From the IMG/VR virus record IMGVR_UViG_3300020416_000002: DNA of 64,000 nucleotides. One strand, 5' to 3'. This DNA comes from a virus. The notes under the pieces are model-generated. The model saw only the letters and a program-made list of their open reading frames with translations, did no database searches and was not told where the DNA came from. The position numbers and the translations under genes are program-made. Shown here piece after piece: positions 46,273 to 57,571 of this stretch (position 1 is the stretch's first letter; the number at the start of each line of letters is the position of its first letter).

Positions 46273-47079
46273 TCATTTACCCTCAAAACCTGGTGGCAAT
46301 GTACCAAAGTAAGGATTGAGTTGTACAATCTGTACAGGATTTTCTACCTGATTGACCTCATTTCTCCAGAACTGCCATAACCCATCGTGACAGTTGCGAT
46401 GATAGACATCGATATGAATATCATGAATGTCTGATCCCAGATCTAATTTGTATAAGAAGATAGGCACAGAATAAGTAAGTCCTGTGTTATAGATCAGGTC
46501 ATCTGCAACAGCACGAGGTAAAACCTTCTGATCAAGTTTATATTTGTCTCCTTTAGTATGGAAATCCAGTAACTTCTTAGCATACCTTCTATTGATTAGA
46601 TAACATGCTGTAGAAAAATCATTAACAAATCTCCTGTGTAATTGAATACTAGCGATAGCAGGATTGATAATTGCTAACTGAATACAGTCCCATCCATGAG
46701 GAGCATTTGCCATCACATCTTTCCATGTGAAAGGCCAATGACTAGTAACAGAAAGGTCACAGTCATCTTCCATCATTATAGCATACTCTTCGTCACTGGT
46801 CTCTAACCAATGCTTCATAGCATGCAAATGAGATGTCACACATCCAATCTCACCTGATGACATGTTATGTGGATATCTTCCTGTGAGAATATCACTAAGA
46901 TCATCCTCCCTGCCATCATAAGCAGAAATTCTAGTATGATTTTCTATCTCCCAATACTCAAACTGTTGCTCCATGTATTCTCTACGATCAGTCTTATCAT
47001 CAAGATTGATCCAATAGATATGTGGAATACCCTTGAGTTTGTGGGATGCTTTATTTTTATCTAATACGAAACTAGTCAT
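46273..47079 (-). CDS. glycosyltransferase family 25
   Basis: YWINLD...RR, SSGEIGCVTSH, MEDD. Confidence 0.88.
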   Translation of the reverse strand: MTSFVLDKNKASHKLKGIPHIYWINLDDKTDRREYMEQQFEYWEIENHTRISAYDGREDDLSDILTGRYPHNMSSGEIGCVTSHLHAMKHWLETSDEEYAIMMEDDCDLSVTSHWPFTWKDVMANAPHGWDCIQLAIINPAIASIQLHRRFVNDFSTACYLINRRYAKKLLDFHTKGDKYKLDQKVLPRAVADDLIYNTGLTYSVPIFLYKLDLGSDIHDIHIDVYHRNCHDGLWQFWRNEVNQVENPVQIVQLNPYFGTLPPGFEGK

Positions 47080-48014
47080 CCGATAATTTTCTTCACGGTA
47101 GGTAGGTAATAAGTCTTGATGACATTCTCCCAATCAAATTGTTTGGCATACTTCAAGATCTCATCTCTATGAGAAACAGAATACTCTCTGTTCTTAACAA
47201 TAGCATACTCTACATATTGAGGATCGTCAATCTTTGACTCTGGAATCACAGTAATAAATTCCTTATCTGTATCTAGGTTAGCAGTAGCAAACTCACTTAC
47301 AACCACTCCTAAACCTGCAGCAAATGCTTCCATAATAACCAGAGAGTGTGCTTCACCATCTGATAGCAGCACAAGGTTACCATAGTCTGTTAGATAGTCA
47401 TGTAAATATTCTTTCTTCCACTCACCAAGATAATTATGATTCTCATTAAATCTCTTGTCTGCAATGTTACCAGCAAAGAAGAGACTGTCTATTGATTGGA
47501 ACTTATGTTGACGCTTTCTATAATCAATTTTTGCTAGATAGATGCTGCGATCAGGGAACTCTGGTTCGTTTGTTGTACGGAAGAGAGAAAGATCAACACC
47601 ATTAGGAACAACGAACAATTTATTGTCAGGAATGCCGCCAAGAATAGAATAGGCTTTCCTAATACTTTCGGATAAACAGAAGACATTTGGTTTAGTTTGT
47701 TGGAAGTGTCCGAAGATTTGACCATAGCCATTCATCTTCTCAGGTTGTTCAAGGTATGCAAAGTGTGTTGTGCATGCACAAGGATATTGTATGTATGGAT
47801 ACAAGATGATCCAGTCATCATATTGAATGTGACAAAAGTCTGGTTGGAATTCATTAACTCTATGAATAATCTCTTTAGGATTACTGATGTTAATGACCTG
47901 TACTGTGTGACCTAGGTTCTCTAGGTTCACCTTGTAGTCCCAGATCAGACTTTCAACTGCACCCCATCCTACAGGAGGAATTGGTGTAGCAGGACCTATG
48001 ATGGTGAACTTCAT
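47076..48014 (-). CDS. glycosyltransferase family 4
   Basis: IPPVGWGAVE, VPNGVD, EAHSLVIMEA. Confidence 0.85.
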   Translation of the reverse strand: MKFTIIGPATPIPPVGWGAVESLIWDYKVNLENLGHTVQVINISNPKEIIHRVNEFQPDFCHIQYDDWIILYPYIQYPCACTTHFAYLEQPEKMNGYGQIFGHFQQTKPNVFCLSESIRKAYSILGGIPDNKLFVVPNGVDLSLFRTTNEPEFPDRSIYLAKIDYRKRQHKFQSIDSLFFAGNIADKRFNENHNYLGEWKKEYLHDYLTDYGNLVLLSDGEAHSLVIMEAFAAGLGVVVSEFATANLDTDKEFITVIPESKIDDPQYVEYAIVKNREYSVSHRDEILKYAKQFDWENVIKTYYLPTVKKIIG

Positions 48015-48979
48015 AATAGCGATTCTAGTTTAGGAATATATTCGTAGGCAATAATATTCTCTAGACCAAATGCATCAATACCATATGATCTAATCTCTTT
48101 ACGGATTTGCCTAGAATGTTTTTTATTTTTGAGAATGACTTCCCTGATGTATGGGATGTCAGTCATTTTTGACTCAGGAATAACATCAATGAATGATTTA
48201 GAAGTGTCAAGTTCTACTGCATTCTCCTCTGATACTACCACACCTAGTCCACAAATCAAAGCTTCCTTTACAACAAGTGTAGTAGTGTTTTCTACTTCAC
48301 TCAGTAATACAAAGTTTGAATAATTTGTTATGCTCTGGTTTAGAATATTCCTAGGCAGTTCTCCATGATAAGATTCACCACGATATTTGCCAGGTTCTCT
48401 ACGACCAAAGATATCAATACGAAGGTCAGGTGACATCACCTCCTCTAATAACCACTGTCTTTTTCTATCACAAACTTGAGAGAAACATATAGTAGTATCA
48501 AAGGTAGCGTACTCATTGAATTGATATGGGGCACACCTAACACCTAACTTGCTCAACCAAATGTTATCTGGATTAGCAGCACCAAATTCTTTATAAGTTT
48601 CAATATCTTTTTTACTAGATGCAAAGATCCAATAGTCTTTATTCTCTCTCATTCTAGCAAAATGAGGACCGTAACCATCCCTTCCCCACATATGTGGAGT
48701 ATTAATATATGGATAGTGACTTGATACAATCAAGGTTTTACATAACGGTACAAGGTCACTAATGATATCAGAAAAAACATCATAATGAAGATGTACAATG
48801 TCGTACCGTCCATGTTCTACCTCAAACTTGATAAGTTCTTTGTCTGGAGTGTTTATAATTTCAACTCTGTGTCCTAGTGCTCTCATGATTTGAGTATAGT
48901 CCCAGATCATCATCTCTACAGCACCCCATTTATCTGGTGGGATCTCCATAACGCCAGGACCGATTAAGGCAACCTTCAT
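48011..48979 (-). CDS. glycosyltransferase family 4 (paralogue)
   Basis: IPPDKWGAVE, LVVKEALICGLGVVVSE. Confidence 0.85.
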   Translation of the reverse strand: MKVALIGPGVMEIPPDKWGAVEMMIWDYTQIMRALGHRVEIINTPDKELIKFEVEHGRYDIVHLHYDVFSDIISDLVPLCKTLIVSSHYPYINTPHMWGRDGYGPHFARMRENKDYWIFASSKKDIETYKEFGAANPDNIWLSKLGVRCAPYQFNEYATFDTTICFSQVCDRKRQWLLEEVMSPDLRIDIFGRREPGKYRGESYHGELPRNILNQSITNYSNFVLLSEVENTTTLVVKEALICGLGVVVSEENAVELDTSKSFIDVIPESKMTDIPYIREVILKNKKHSRQIRKEIRSYGIDAFGLENIIAYEYIPKLESLL

Positions 48980-49815
48980 TGATAATCCTCCCAATACATA
49001 ACTTTTTTTAATTCATCTACATCAGTGCCATATTGACCTAGAGTAGCGACATTTTGATAAGCACTATGAAATAGAAATACTGGTTTCATTTCATCCTCAT
49101 AGGGATTAGAACCATACCATACACCATCTCTTTGTTCCATCGGCATGTATGCTTTAGCAGCACAATGATTGAACGCACCGTTGGTAAACTTATAGTTTTT
49201 CCATGTGTTTAATGCTAAGCATAAAACTAGTTCATCAGTTACACCACTATGCACTTTATCATCAGAAAAAATATGATCATAGATCTCTGCATATTTTTCA
49301 AAGAGACCATCATGTTTTTCTTTCTGAAATAAAAATGCACCAGAGGCAGCGTAAGGATAATCTCTAGGATTTTCTGGAAGATATGGAACCATGTTAGTCC
49401 TGTCAATCTTCTCACCAGTATTAAGATAATTTCCTAGAGTAGGAACCCACCAGTGTTGAGTACATAAGAATTTATCTTCTGACTCTTCAATAAGTTCATC
49501 AACTCTATCATTGATAACAACAGTATCAGTATCAAGATAAAAACAATAATCTGTTTCTAGATGTTGATACAGTTCATATCTTTTCTTCCAGATGTCTGGT
49601 TGAAAATAATTTCTGTCATCATCATTCTCTAATTGTTTTGCCTTGGACTTAACAATCTTTACATTAGGATCATCAATGTCCAATCTATCATCCATATCAA
49701 TGATAAGAACCTCATGAGGTTGCTTCACTCTCTCAAGTGATTCGCATGCCCTCATCAGGTTCTGATAATATGAGTCATCACCACCAACGATGAATCCAAA
49801 AGTTACTTTGCTCAT
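48976..49815 (-). CDS. GT-A fold glycosyltransferase (GT8-like)
   Basis: YLDTD DxD, ASGAF, TDE. Confidence 0.65.
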   Translation of the reverse strand: MSKVTFGFIVGGDDSYYQNLMRACESLERVKQPHEVLIIDMDDRLDIDDPNVKIVKSKAKQLENDDDRNYFQPDIWKKRYELYQHLETDYCFYLDTDTVVINDRVDELIEESEDKFLCTQHWWVPTLGNYLNTGEKIDRTNMVPYLPENPRDYPYAASGAFLFQKEKHDGLFEKYAEIYDHIFSDDKVHSGVTDELVLCLALNTWKNYKFTNGAFNHCAAKAYMPMEQRDGVWYGSNPYEDEMKPVFLFHSAYQNVATLGQYGTDVDELKKVMYWEDYQ

Positions 49816-50432
49816 TGTTCTGCTTTAATATAAACCCATGACTTGTATGCATATTCATTAGTCAAATGAATACCTTCCCAAACTTCCTCATCAAAGAACT
49901 CTTCTAGAGCACCTTCAACATCAAAATAATCAGCAGTTACATTGTCAGGGTCACAGTATGTGTCATGTCCTGCAATTATACCACCGTATTTTACTTTTGG
50001 ATACCATGCTTTAAGATCTTCTAGGACTGCCTCCTTGGTATGATCAGCATCTAGGTAAACATAATCAAAGAATCCATCTTCAAACTTTGCTGCCCAGTCT
50101 ACTGAAGCACCCTTACACATTTCTACCTGTGGATTATTACCATAGATTTCTTTGACTCTAGCATACCCTTGCTCTACACGATCTTCAAACTTAGTAAAGT
50201 GTGCATCGTTACCTTCTGTCTGCCATTTATCTACAAGATAAATTTTTTCACATGCTGCTTCAAATTGTGGGTAGTAGATATCTAAGTATCCACCATACTC
50301 TACACCAACCTCACATACTTTAAGAGGTTTCCATTCTTCAAGACTGTCAACTACAACAGTGGGAAGATGATCCCTAGAAAATTCAAAGTGTTGAAACTTA
50401 GGATTGATTTTGAAATTAAGCGGATTGTACAT
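49812..50432 (-). CDS. class I SAM methyltransferase (Methyltransf_24-like)
   Basis: EVGVEYG, DYVYLDADH, GGIIAGHD. Confidence 0.88.
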   Translation of the reverse strand: MYNPLNFKINPKFQHFEFSRDHLPTVVVDSLEEWKPLKVCEVGVEYGGYLDIYYPQFEAACEKIYLVDKWQTEGNDAHFTKFEDRVEQGYARVKEIYGNNPQVEMCKGASVDWAAKFEDGFFDYVYLDADHTKEAVLEDLKAWYPKVKYGGIIAGHDTYCDPDNVTADYFDVEGALEEFFDEEVWEGIHLTNEYAYKSWVYIKAEQ

Positions 50433-50434
50433 AA

Positions 50435-51349
50435 CTATACTAGTTTTAAAATACCTTTAGATCGATTCATAAATGTATGTTTGTCTTTGACAATGAGCAT
50501 TTGATGACGAATCAATTCAATGTTTTCATGTTTTTGAAAACCTTTGAGGAAAAGTTCTTTGATGTCCTCTGAACATACTATACTGTCATCAATAAACTTA
50601 GCAAGTTTAGGTGAGTTAGTCATACCTAAATGACCATAACTAATTGCCTTAAAAATACGGCAACTTTTTACACCCCATGCTTTGTGAGTCTCATTTCTAA
50701 GATCAGGTTGCATGATAGATTTCTGCATCAACTCCCTGTACACATCGTCAGGAAGTGGATTAGTCCAAGGATTACTATGGAAGCATTGAATGCCTGCATA
50801 TTGACACTCACGAACCCATTCATTAATAGCAGGACCATTGGCAAAGGCACCGTGATCTGATATGGTGCCAATCATATGATATTCTGGTGATCTTTTTTTG
50901 GTTGCCCAATTAAGATCAATCTCATGAGGCAATAGGTTTGCTGCCCATGCCATATAGATTATATCATACTCGGAAGAATTCTTATCATAGAGTACACCTG
51001 ACTCTAACTCTTCACAATTATCGTAGTCTACAGTGTATGTATAGTTAACATCTTCCATGTAATCTACATGGTATCTCATGTCAATTAACTTCTTGACATT
51101 ACCCAAATATTTTTCAGGGTTGACACAGACATGGCATACATATGTACTACTCTTCCTTAAGGGAATTTTTTTATCTTTATAACCTTCGCAAAAGAATAAA
51201 CAGTTTTCATAATCAAAGTCCTCTGGATGATCTTCATCAGTAAACCAGAAGACTTCGTACCCTTGGTACTCAAATGCTTTCTTAAATGCCTCGTAGATAT
51301 AAGAATAGGTATCCGTATGTAATGGATACCCCCACAATACTATTTTCAT
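50435..51349 (-). CDS. putative glycosyltransferase
   Basis: WGYPLHTDTYSYI, CRIFKAISYG, KHTFMNR; cluster context. Confidence 0.55.
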   Translation of the reverse strand: MKIVLWGYPLHTDTYSYIYEAFKKAFEYQGYEVFWFTDEDHPEDFDYENCLFFCEGYKDKKIPLRKSSTYVCHVCVNPEKYLGNVKKLIDMRYHVDYMEDVNYTYTVDYDNCEELESGVLYDKNSSEYDIIYMAWAANLLPHEIDLNWATKKRSPEYHMIGTISDHGAFANGPAINEWVRECQYAGIQCFHSNPWTNPLPDDVYRELMQKSIMQPDLRNETHKAWGVKSCRIFKAISYGHLGMTNSPKLAKFIDDSIVCSEDIKELFLKGFQKHENIELIRHQMLIVKDKHTFMNRSKGILKLV

Positions 51350-51420
51350 TTTTTAAAGACACCCAATTTAGATAGTAACCACAATGTAACTATTGTCCAT
51401 CCTATAACATACCACATCAT
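51346..51420 (-). CDS. 24-aa single-TM microprotein
   Basis: MMWYVIGWTIVTLWLLSKLGVFKK; ATGA overlaps at both ends. Confidence 0.6.
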   Translation of the reverse strand: MMWYVIGWTIVTLWLLSKLGVFKK

Positions 51421-52118
51421 AACTTTCCTAACATATAGTCCTCTGCCTTTTTAGTCTTACCATTGACACATTTCATCACAGCAAGAATATCAGGATTAAC
51501 AAGATCAGGATGACACCACCAATCCTCAAAGGGATGGCTCTGATCAACAGAAATATTATCAACAACCAACACATAACCTTGAGACTCAAGATACTTGCGA
51601 GAAGTATCCCTAATAGAATCCCCATCATTATAGGAATCATGTTCAAAAGTGATAGTAGCGAATTTGTATTTACTCAAATCAATTTGTTTGAGTGCATTAA
51701 AGGTTACCTCTGCAGGTTCACAATCTACTTGTAGATAATCAAACACAGGACCTAGATTAACCTCTTTAAACAATGCATCGAAGTCAGCAGTAGTGGCATC
51801 ACCTAAAGCAACAGGTGCTCTACGATGTTCATTATATAAATCTGCTTCATGTTCTTTGATTTCAAATCCAATCCCAGTCCATTCAAAACGAGATTCTAAC
51901 AAGGCAGTGTTGTTTGAGATTACAGGATGACCTGCACCAATCTCTACAAAGGTGCCTTTAGGTTTTCCATCTAACATACTCAAGACAAACATGTCTTGAT
52001 AACATTGTGAAAAATTTTGATGACTTACTTTTTCAACCGCATTGAATTTATATCGTAAGTCGTTCACTTTATCTGCCGTATAGAATGTCGGCATTTGCCA
52101 TGCATTAGGATCGGTCAT
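51417..52118 (-). CDS. FkbM-like methyltransferase
   Basis: SQCYQD, FVEIGA, SNNTALLE, DYLQVD, ITFEHD. Confidence 0.8.
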   Translation of the reverse strand: MTDPNAWQMPTFYTADKVNDLRYKFNAVEKVSHQNFSQCYQDMFVLSMLDGKPKGTFVEIGAGHPVISNNTALLESRFEWTGIGFEIKEHEADLYNEHRRAPVALGDATTADFDALFKEVNLGPVFDYLQVDCEPAEVTFNALKQIDLSKYKFATITFEHDSYNDGDSIRDTSRKYLESQGYVLVVDNISVDQSHPFEDWWCHPDLVNPDILAVMKCVNGKTKKAEDYMLGKL

Positions 52119-52810
52119 GTTTGTAATTCAGAGTTATCTTTTGCAAGATGAATAATCTTTCTATCGTATGTATAATGCGGGAAGCATTCTGGAAATGCAT
52201 AGTCTGGAGGCAACGCATTGACCTGATCTTCATTGTCCATGAAGAACTTATTGATCTGACTTTCGTCATGCCATAGTGCTATTATATCATTCTTATAATC
52301 CTTGTCAACTCTATCCCTCAATGTCTTCATCATAGGGATAACACTTTTGGTTTGTCCACCCCAGAGACATCCTTGATAATAATTTTTATGATCACCTTCT
52401 ACATATGCTTCTGACTTAGGATTAGTTTCAAATGTACCAGTGTAGTCTGCATAGTGACAAGGATGATGTACAGCAAGATATTTTTTCTCTGGATTTAAAA
52501 TCTCATGAGAGAATATTTTTTTCTGCACTACCATGTCTGCGTCGAGGAAGATCATCCAGTCAAATTTCTTTAACTCTTTCTCTGCCTCTAAGATAGTATG
52601 AAACCTTTCTAGCGTGATTGCTGGCCATGGTTTGTGTTCTATCTGATAGATGGACATATTATCTGGAGCACCATCCAGTTCACCGTCCGTAAAGATAAAA
52701 TACTGCTTGTTAGCATCTGGCATTAGATGCTCTTCACATTGTTCATAATATCTTGGGAGAAAATCAAGGTACCTATTAGTACCTATGAATACTATTGCCA
52801 CATTTGTCAT
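52115..52810 (-). CDS. glycosyltransferase family 6 (ABO-transferase-like)
   Basis: FIGTNRY, IFTD, WP..TLERF, DAD, HP, YYQGCLWGG, WHDESQINK. Confidence 0.88.
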   Translation of the reverse strand: MTNVAIVFIGTNRYLDFLPRYYEQCEEHLMPDANKQYFIFTDGELDGAPDNMSIYQIEHKPWPAITLERFHTILEAEKELKKFDWMIFLDADMVVQKKIFSHEILNPEKKYLAVHHPCHYADYTGTFETNPKSEAYVEGDHKNYYQGCLWGGQTKSVIPMMKTLRDRVDKDYKNDIIALWHDESQINKFFMDNEDQVNALPPDYAFPECFPHYTYDRKIIHLAKDNSELQT

Positions 52811-53616
52811 ACTTTCATCCAACCTTCGCAGTAGAGATCTTGTGTATTGTGTTGTTGATCCAATGGAGGTCCGAACCACTTGCTCGGAGCTACCACTTGT
52901 TTGTTTGCTGATTCTGAGAGCCATGCACCCCACCAAGAGAATGAGCTATTTGCGATGATGAAATCAGAACACATAGTCATTAAACAAAGATCAACATATT
53001 GATCTCCTGATTCGGAGATCATAAACCTATCATCAGCAAATAGAGGTTGCTCGTGACACCACGCAGGATCATCGGAAAGAACAACCACAGGTCTGTCTCT
53101 ATCAAAATAGGACAGTGCTTTATCATAATATTCTAGCGAAACGATTGGATGATGTCCATACTTAGCGTAGTCAGTTCGTCTCACATGTAAAGCGATAGAT
53201 TTATTTAGACCCTCCATCATCTCCATGCAGGGGTTTTTTATGTTATCTTTAAATGTAAAATCTTTTAATAACGCTTCTCTTACATTTAAGAAATACTTTT
53301 CTGACTGAAAAAATCCATAAAGATCTACCCAATCAGGACAATTATTAAACAACTCTTCATCAAAATGAAAATGTTGTTCTTGTATTACAGGTCTGTTACT
53401 ATCCAACCATTGAATTTGTAATGGACTGAATGTAGTTAGTTCAAACGGGACAAATAATTGATGATCGTTCCATTCATCTGCGTTTGATTTAAAATTTGAC
53501 GGGGGCACACAATATGTGAACCCCCTATTTTTTGCTATACCTTTGAGAGCAGCATACTGGAACATTTGATTTGCCAAACGCTCCTTCTTTTTACCTAAGT
53601 GGTTATTACCAATCAT
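52807..53616 (-). CDS. alpha-1,2-fucosyltransferase (GT11)
   Basis: RLANQMFQYA, GFFQSEKYF, HVRRTDY, IIANSSFSWWGAWL. Confidence 0.93.
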   Translation of the reverse strand: MIGNNHLGKKKERLANQMFQYAALKGIAKNRGFTYCVPPSNFKSNADEWNDHQLFVPFELTTFSPLQIQWLDSNRPVIQEQHFHFDEELFNNCPDWVDLYGFFQSEKYFLNVREALLKDFTFKDNIKNPCMEMMEGLNKSIALHVRRTDYAKYGHHPIVSLEYYDKALSYFDRDRPVVVLSDDPAWCHEQPLFADDRFMISESGDQYVDLCLMTMCSDFIIANSSFSWWGAWLSESANKQVVAPSKWFGPPLDQQHNTQDLYCEGWMKV

Positions 53617-54560
53617 TTTGTCTGGATATTTGTTGCCTGTTGAAACCATTCATAGGTTTTTTTCAAACCAGCATCAAGATCATACTTAGGTGTCCAACCT
53701 TTTTCTGTAATTTTACTATAATCTAATGGTCTTTTAGGAGTACCATTAGGACGATTAGTATCCCATTCAATCCTTCCTTGATACCCTACTAGATCTTTGA
53801 CCTTGTGAGCAAGATGAAAGATTGATACATCTTGACCTGATCCTACATTAATAAGTTCAGCATCACTATAATTTTCTATAGCAAAGAGACAAGCATCTGC
53901 TAGGTCATCCACATACATAAACTCACGAGTAGGTGTACCATCACCCCAACATGTAACTGTATCTTCAGTTGCGTTGTTGAACTTAGTCATTAGTGATGGG
54001 ATAACATGTCCATTGTCAGGATGAAAATTATCATTAGGACCGTATAGATTGCAAGGCATGAGTGACACACCCTTGAATCCATACTGTTTGTTATACATCT
54101 TAAGCATTTCTATGCCATGAATTTTAGCAATAGCATATGCTTCATTAGTAGGTTCTAATTCACCAGATAAAATAGACTCTTCTTTAACAGGAGTCTCAGC
54201 AAATTTAGGATAGATGCAGACGCTGCCAAGGAAAACAAATTTCTTGACAAAATATTTGTATGCCCAATGAATCAGGTTCATCTGAATCATTGTATTTTGA
54301 TAGATAAATTCTGCAGAATAAACATCGTTAGCATGAATACCGCCGACTCTAGCAGCAGCATCAAATACATAATCAATTCTATTGCTTGCGAAAAAATCTC
54401 TAACTTGATCAGAATTAGTCAAGTCACATTCTGATCTATCAGCAGTGATGATATTCTCATACCCATCTTGTTGAAGTCTGCGAACGATAGCAGAACCAAC
54501 CAAACCTTTGTGACCTGCCACAAAGATATTATCATGTTTTTGCATCTGCCTCAGTCTCAT
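53613..54560 (-). CDS. fcl: GDP-L-fucose synthase
   Basis: AGHKGLVGSA, AARVGGIHAN, LEPTNEAYAIAK, NLYGPNDNF. Confidence 0.95.
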   Translation of the reverse strand: MRLRQMQKHDNIFVAGHKGLVGSAIVRRLQQDGYENIITADRSECDLTNSDQVRDFFASNRIDYVFDAAARVGGIHANDVYSAEFIYQNTMIQMNLIHWAYKYFVKKFVFLGSVCIYPKFAETPVKEESILSGELEPTNEAYAIAKIHGIEMLKMYNKQYGFKGVSLMPCNLYGPNDNFHPDNGHVIPSLMTKFNNATEDTVTCWGDGTPTREFMYVDDLADACLFAIENYSDAELINVGSGQDVSIFHLAHKVKDLVGYQGRIEWDTNRPNGTPKRPLDYSKITEKGWTPKYDLDAGLKKTYEWFQQATNIQTK

Positions 54561-55813
54561 GGGATAATAACTTCAGGAGTTGGTAGTGGGAAAAGAAGTC
54601 TCTTACCTTTGAACTTAGGATTCTTAACAAAGAATTCCTTAAAGTGCCAAGGTAATACAATGTATACATCGTAACCTTTTTCCATTACTGCTTCCTCTGA
54701 GGTAATAGGAATCCATGTGCCAGGTGTATATGATCCATCCTTATCAGGATTCACATCACCGATAACACTAACATCATTAGGAGTGACCTCCCATGTTTGA
54801 AGGGTAACATTACCTTTAGTACTAGCACCCAAGGCACAAATAGTTGCCTTGTTTTCTTTATAAAAATTCAGCATCTTCCAGAACTGTTCTCTGTTCTGAA
54901 CTAATCTAATACCAAACTCTCTCCAAGGTGCTGTTGTATTCAACTCTTGATCTAATTCACTGGCAAGAATACCAGTTAGTTTAGTAGTGCATTCTGGACG
55001 CCTACTAGAACTCTTGGCAACAACAACAGAAATACTACCACCATTAACATCATTAAATTCAAAGTCAACGATCTTAAATCCTGACTTATCCATGATGTAT
55101 TTGAGTTGTCTCATTCCATAGTATGAAAGATGTTCATGGCATACTGTGTCAAAGGAATTGACCTTCAACATTTCTGGCATGTAACTCTGTTCTAGAACCC
55201 AGATACCCTCAGTGTCAAGACACTCATTAACCTGTTTAGCAAATGCACATGGATCCTCTAGATCGTAGAACATAGAGAATGATGTGATGATCTTTGCTTT
55301 TTGATTACCAAATCTTTCTTTGAACACTTCCTCAGAAAAGAAGTTGGCACTATAATTAATATGTTCCTCAAAGAAATCTTTAAATTTCTTAGATGTAGGA
55401 TCAATACTAATTAACTGACAGTCATGAGGAAAGAATGATAAGAATGTTCCATCGTTACCAGCAATATCACATACGATATCACCAGACTTTAAAGTAACAT
55501 CTTTAAGAATCTTATCTGCCTTGCGTTTAAGATGCTTGACCATGCTGTTGTTGAGTCCAGAACGATACCCATACTCATCCCCATACATTGTAGGAAGATC
55601 AAAGGTATGCTCTAGTTGCACATGACCACAACCACCTTTAGATTCGTCACACTTAACAAGAGTTAGTGGACCTTTGTACATCTCAGGTTCAATCTGTTTA
55701 GGAAAGATACCTGATAAGTATTGATCACCAAGATCTAGAACAGTGTCATAGTGTTCGTTACCACAAACCCTACACTTTTCTATCTTGTGAAATTTGTTGC
55801 ACTGTAATGTCAT
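54557..55813 (-). CDS. NDP-hexose C-methyltransferase
   Basis: CRVCG and C..C Zn site, [34 protein letters not shown]. Confidence 0.88.
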   Translation of the reverse strand: MTLQCNKFHKIEKCRVCGNEHYDTVLDLGDQYLSGIFPKQIEPEMYKGPLTLVKCDESKGGCGHVQLEHTFDLPTMYGDEYGYRSGLNNSMVKHLKRKADKILKDVTLKSGDIVCDIAGNDGTFLSFFPHDCQLISIDPTSKKFKDFFEEHINYSANFFSEEVFKERFGNQKAKIITSFSMFYDLEDPCAFAKQVNECLDTEGIWVLEQSYMPEMLKVNSFDTVCHEHLSYYGMRQLKYIMDKSGFKIVDFEFNDVNGGSISVVVAKSSSRRPECTTKLTGILASELDQELNTTAPWREFGIRLVQNREQFWKMLNFYKENKATICALGASTKGNVTLQTWEVTPNDVSVIGDVNPDKDGSYTPGTWIPITSEEAVMEKGYDVYIVLPWHFKEFFVKNPKFKGKRLLFPLPTPEVIIP

Positions 55814-56808
55814 TGTCCGTAAATACACATGTCTTCAACGAGATCTTTAAAAGATAACTCTGGTTCCCATCCTAAGACTTCTTTTGCCTTAGTAGCATCA
55901 CCTAAAAGTTGTTCAACTTCTGTTGGGCGGTAGTATTTATCGCTCACTCTGATGATGTCTCTACCCATAGTAGCACAGTAACCACGCTCTTCTAATCCCT
56001 CACCATGCCAGCGTATTCTGAATCCAAAATAATCTGCTGCATGTTCTACAAACTCTCGCACACTATACATTTTACCAGTTGCTAATACAAAGTCATCTGG
56101 TTTTTCATGTTGTGTAATCATCCACATACCTCGGACATAATCCTTAGCATGACCCCAGTCTCTCTTAGCATCCAAATTACCTAGCACTAGTTCGTGCTGT
56201 AACCCTGATGATATACGAGAGAGACCCATTGTAATCTTACGAGTTACAAAGGTCTCACCTCTTCTCTGGGACTCGTGATTAAATAGGATGCCATTACTGG
56301 CATGCATACCATATGCCTCACGATAATTTTTGACCATCCAATATGCATAGAGTTTTGCTACACCATATGGACTACGAGGATAGAATGGAGTGGTTTCTTT
56401 CTGAGGAATTTCCTGTACCAATCCATACAACTCTGAGGTAGATGCTTGATAGAATCTACACTCATGATCTAAGAGACGAATAGCATCTAGAAGACGAAGA
56501 GTTCCTAAGGCATCTACTTCACCAGTATATTCAGGCATCTCAAACGATACCTTTACATGACTCATAGCAGCAAGGTTATACACCTCGGTTGGTCTAATCT
56601 TTTGAACTAAACTAATAATGTTACCTGAGTCAGTCATATCTCCATAGTGGAGATGGATTCTATCATAGATGTGATCAATCCTATGGGTATTAATCATTGA
56701 AGAACGGCGTACGATGCCATGAACTTCATAACCTTTTTCAAGGAGAAGTTCTGCAAGGTACGAACCGTCCTGTCCTGTAATACCAGTTATTAGTGCCTTC
56801 ATTATCAA
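55810..56808 (-). CDS. gmd: GDP-mannose 4,6-dehydratase
   Basis: [34 protein letters not shown]. Confidence 0.97.
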   Translation of the reverse strand: MIMKALITGITGQDGSYLAELLLEKGYEVHGIVRRSSMINTHRIDHIYDRIHLHYGDMTDSGNIISLVQKIRPTEVYNLAAMSHVKVSFEMPEYTGEVDALGTLRLLDAIRLLDHECRFYQASTSELYGLVQEIPQKETTPFYPRSPYGVAKLYAYWMVKNYREAYGMHASNGILFNHESQRRGETFVTRKITMGLSRISSGLQHELVLGNLDAKRDWGHAKDYVRGMWMITQHEKPDDFVLATGKMYSVREFVEHAADYFGFRIRWHGEGLEERGYCATMGRDIIRVSDKYYRPTEVEQLLGDATKAKEVLGWEPELSFKDLVEDMCIYGQ

Positions 56809-57122
56809 CTAAAAGTAATTACATCCTCCCCACTGCCACCAACTACATGATGTGGAACCTCGTCACTGATTGTAAATGTATCTCCTGTTGTACTAAAATC
56901 AAACACAGGAGATTTAGACGCATCATTTAGATTAGTGTCACCGAAAAAGCTTGTGGAGGATTCAACCGCTTTGTCTGCTCGGTTACGAGACCTTAGATAA
57001 TCTTCCCAGAGCTCTGTAAGCGTTGAAGTTTCCTCGTCACTATTTAGTGCCTCAACTAGAGCGTTCTTCAAAGAGTCCGCTGCCTTTTGATAGGCATCGT
57101 ACCTATGATTTAAACAAGACAT
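56805..57122 (-). CDS. hypothetical protein
   Basis: 105-aa ORF in operon. Confidence 0.6.
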   Translation of the reverse strand: MSCLNHRYDAYQKAADSLKNALVEALNSDEETSTLTELWEDYLRSRNRADKAVESSTSFFGDTNLNDASKSPVFDFSTTGDTFTISDEVPHHVVGGSGEDVITFS

Positions 57123-57124
57123 GA

Positions 57125-57325
57125 TTACAAATCTTCAGATAGTACATCCATGAGAACTTCATAGTCCTCAAAGTCATTTCCAGTAAACTCAATTAAACCT
57201 TCACTTTCGTAATATTTTCTAACCTTTTTGTACAACTTAGGGTACCTGATGTCTAGGAATAATTCCTTGTTCGCAGCTGCCCTAAGAGTGCTCAGGTCTT
57301 TCTTGAACTTAACCGTCAGAGACAT
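57125..57325 (-). CDS. conserved cyanophage hypothetical protein
   Basis: FLDIRYPKLYKKVRKYY. Confidence 0.65.
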   Translation of the reverse strand: MSLTVKFKKDLSTLRAAANKELFLDIRYPKLYKKVRKYYESEGLIEFTGNDFEDYEVLMDVLSEDL

Positions 57326-57358
57326 TGTTCTGGATATGTTTGCGTTTATTATTATAGT

Positions 57359-57571
57359 CTAGGCATTGACTTTAGTCAAGTCCTCTTTGTGAAGAAACAC
57401 TTCTTTAAGATCGAAGTGAAGGACATAGTTTTCAGTCTTGACATAGTATCCTACGATATCTTTTCCATCGTCTGTGTAACCGTACGCCCGAACCTTTTCA
57501 TTAATACCATCTATTCTCATTTTCTTATGACCCTTAAGGTATTCGTGGTAGCGAGCGTCCAAATTAATCAT
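57359..57571 (-). CDS. hypothetical protein
   Basis: 70-aa ORF with ATGA coupling. Confidence 0.6.
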   Translation of the reverse strand: MINLDARYHEYLKGHKKMRIDGINEKVRAYGYTDDGKDIVGYYVKTENYVLHFDLKEVFLHKEDLTKVNA

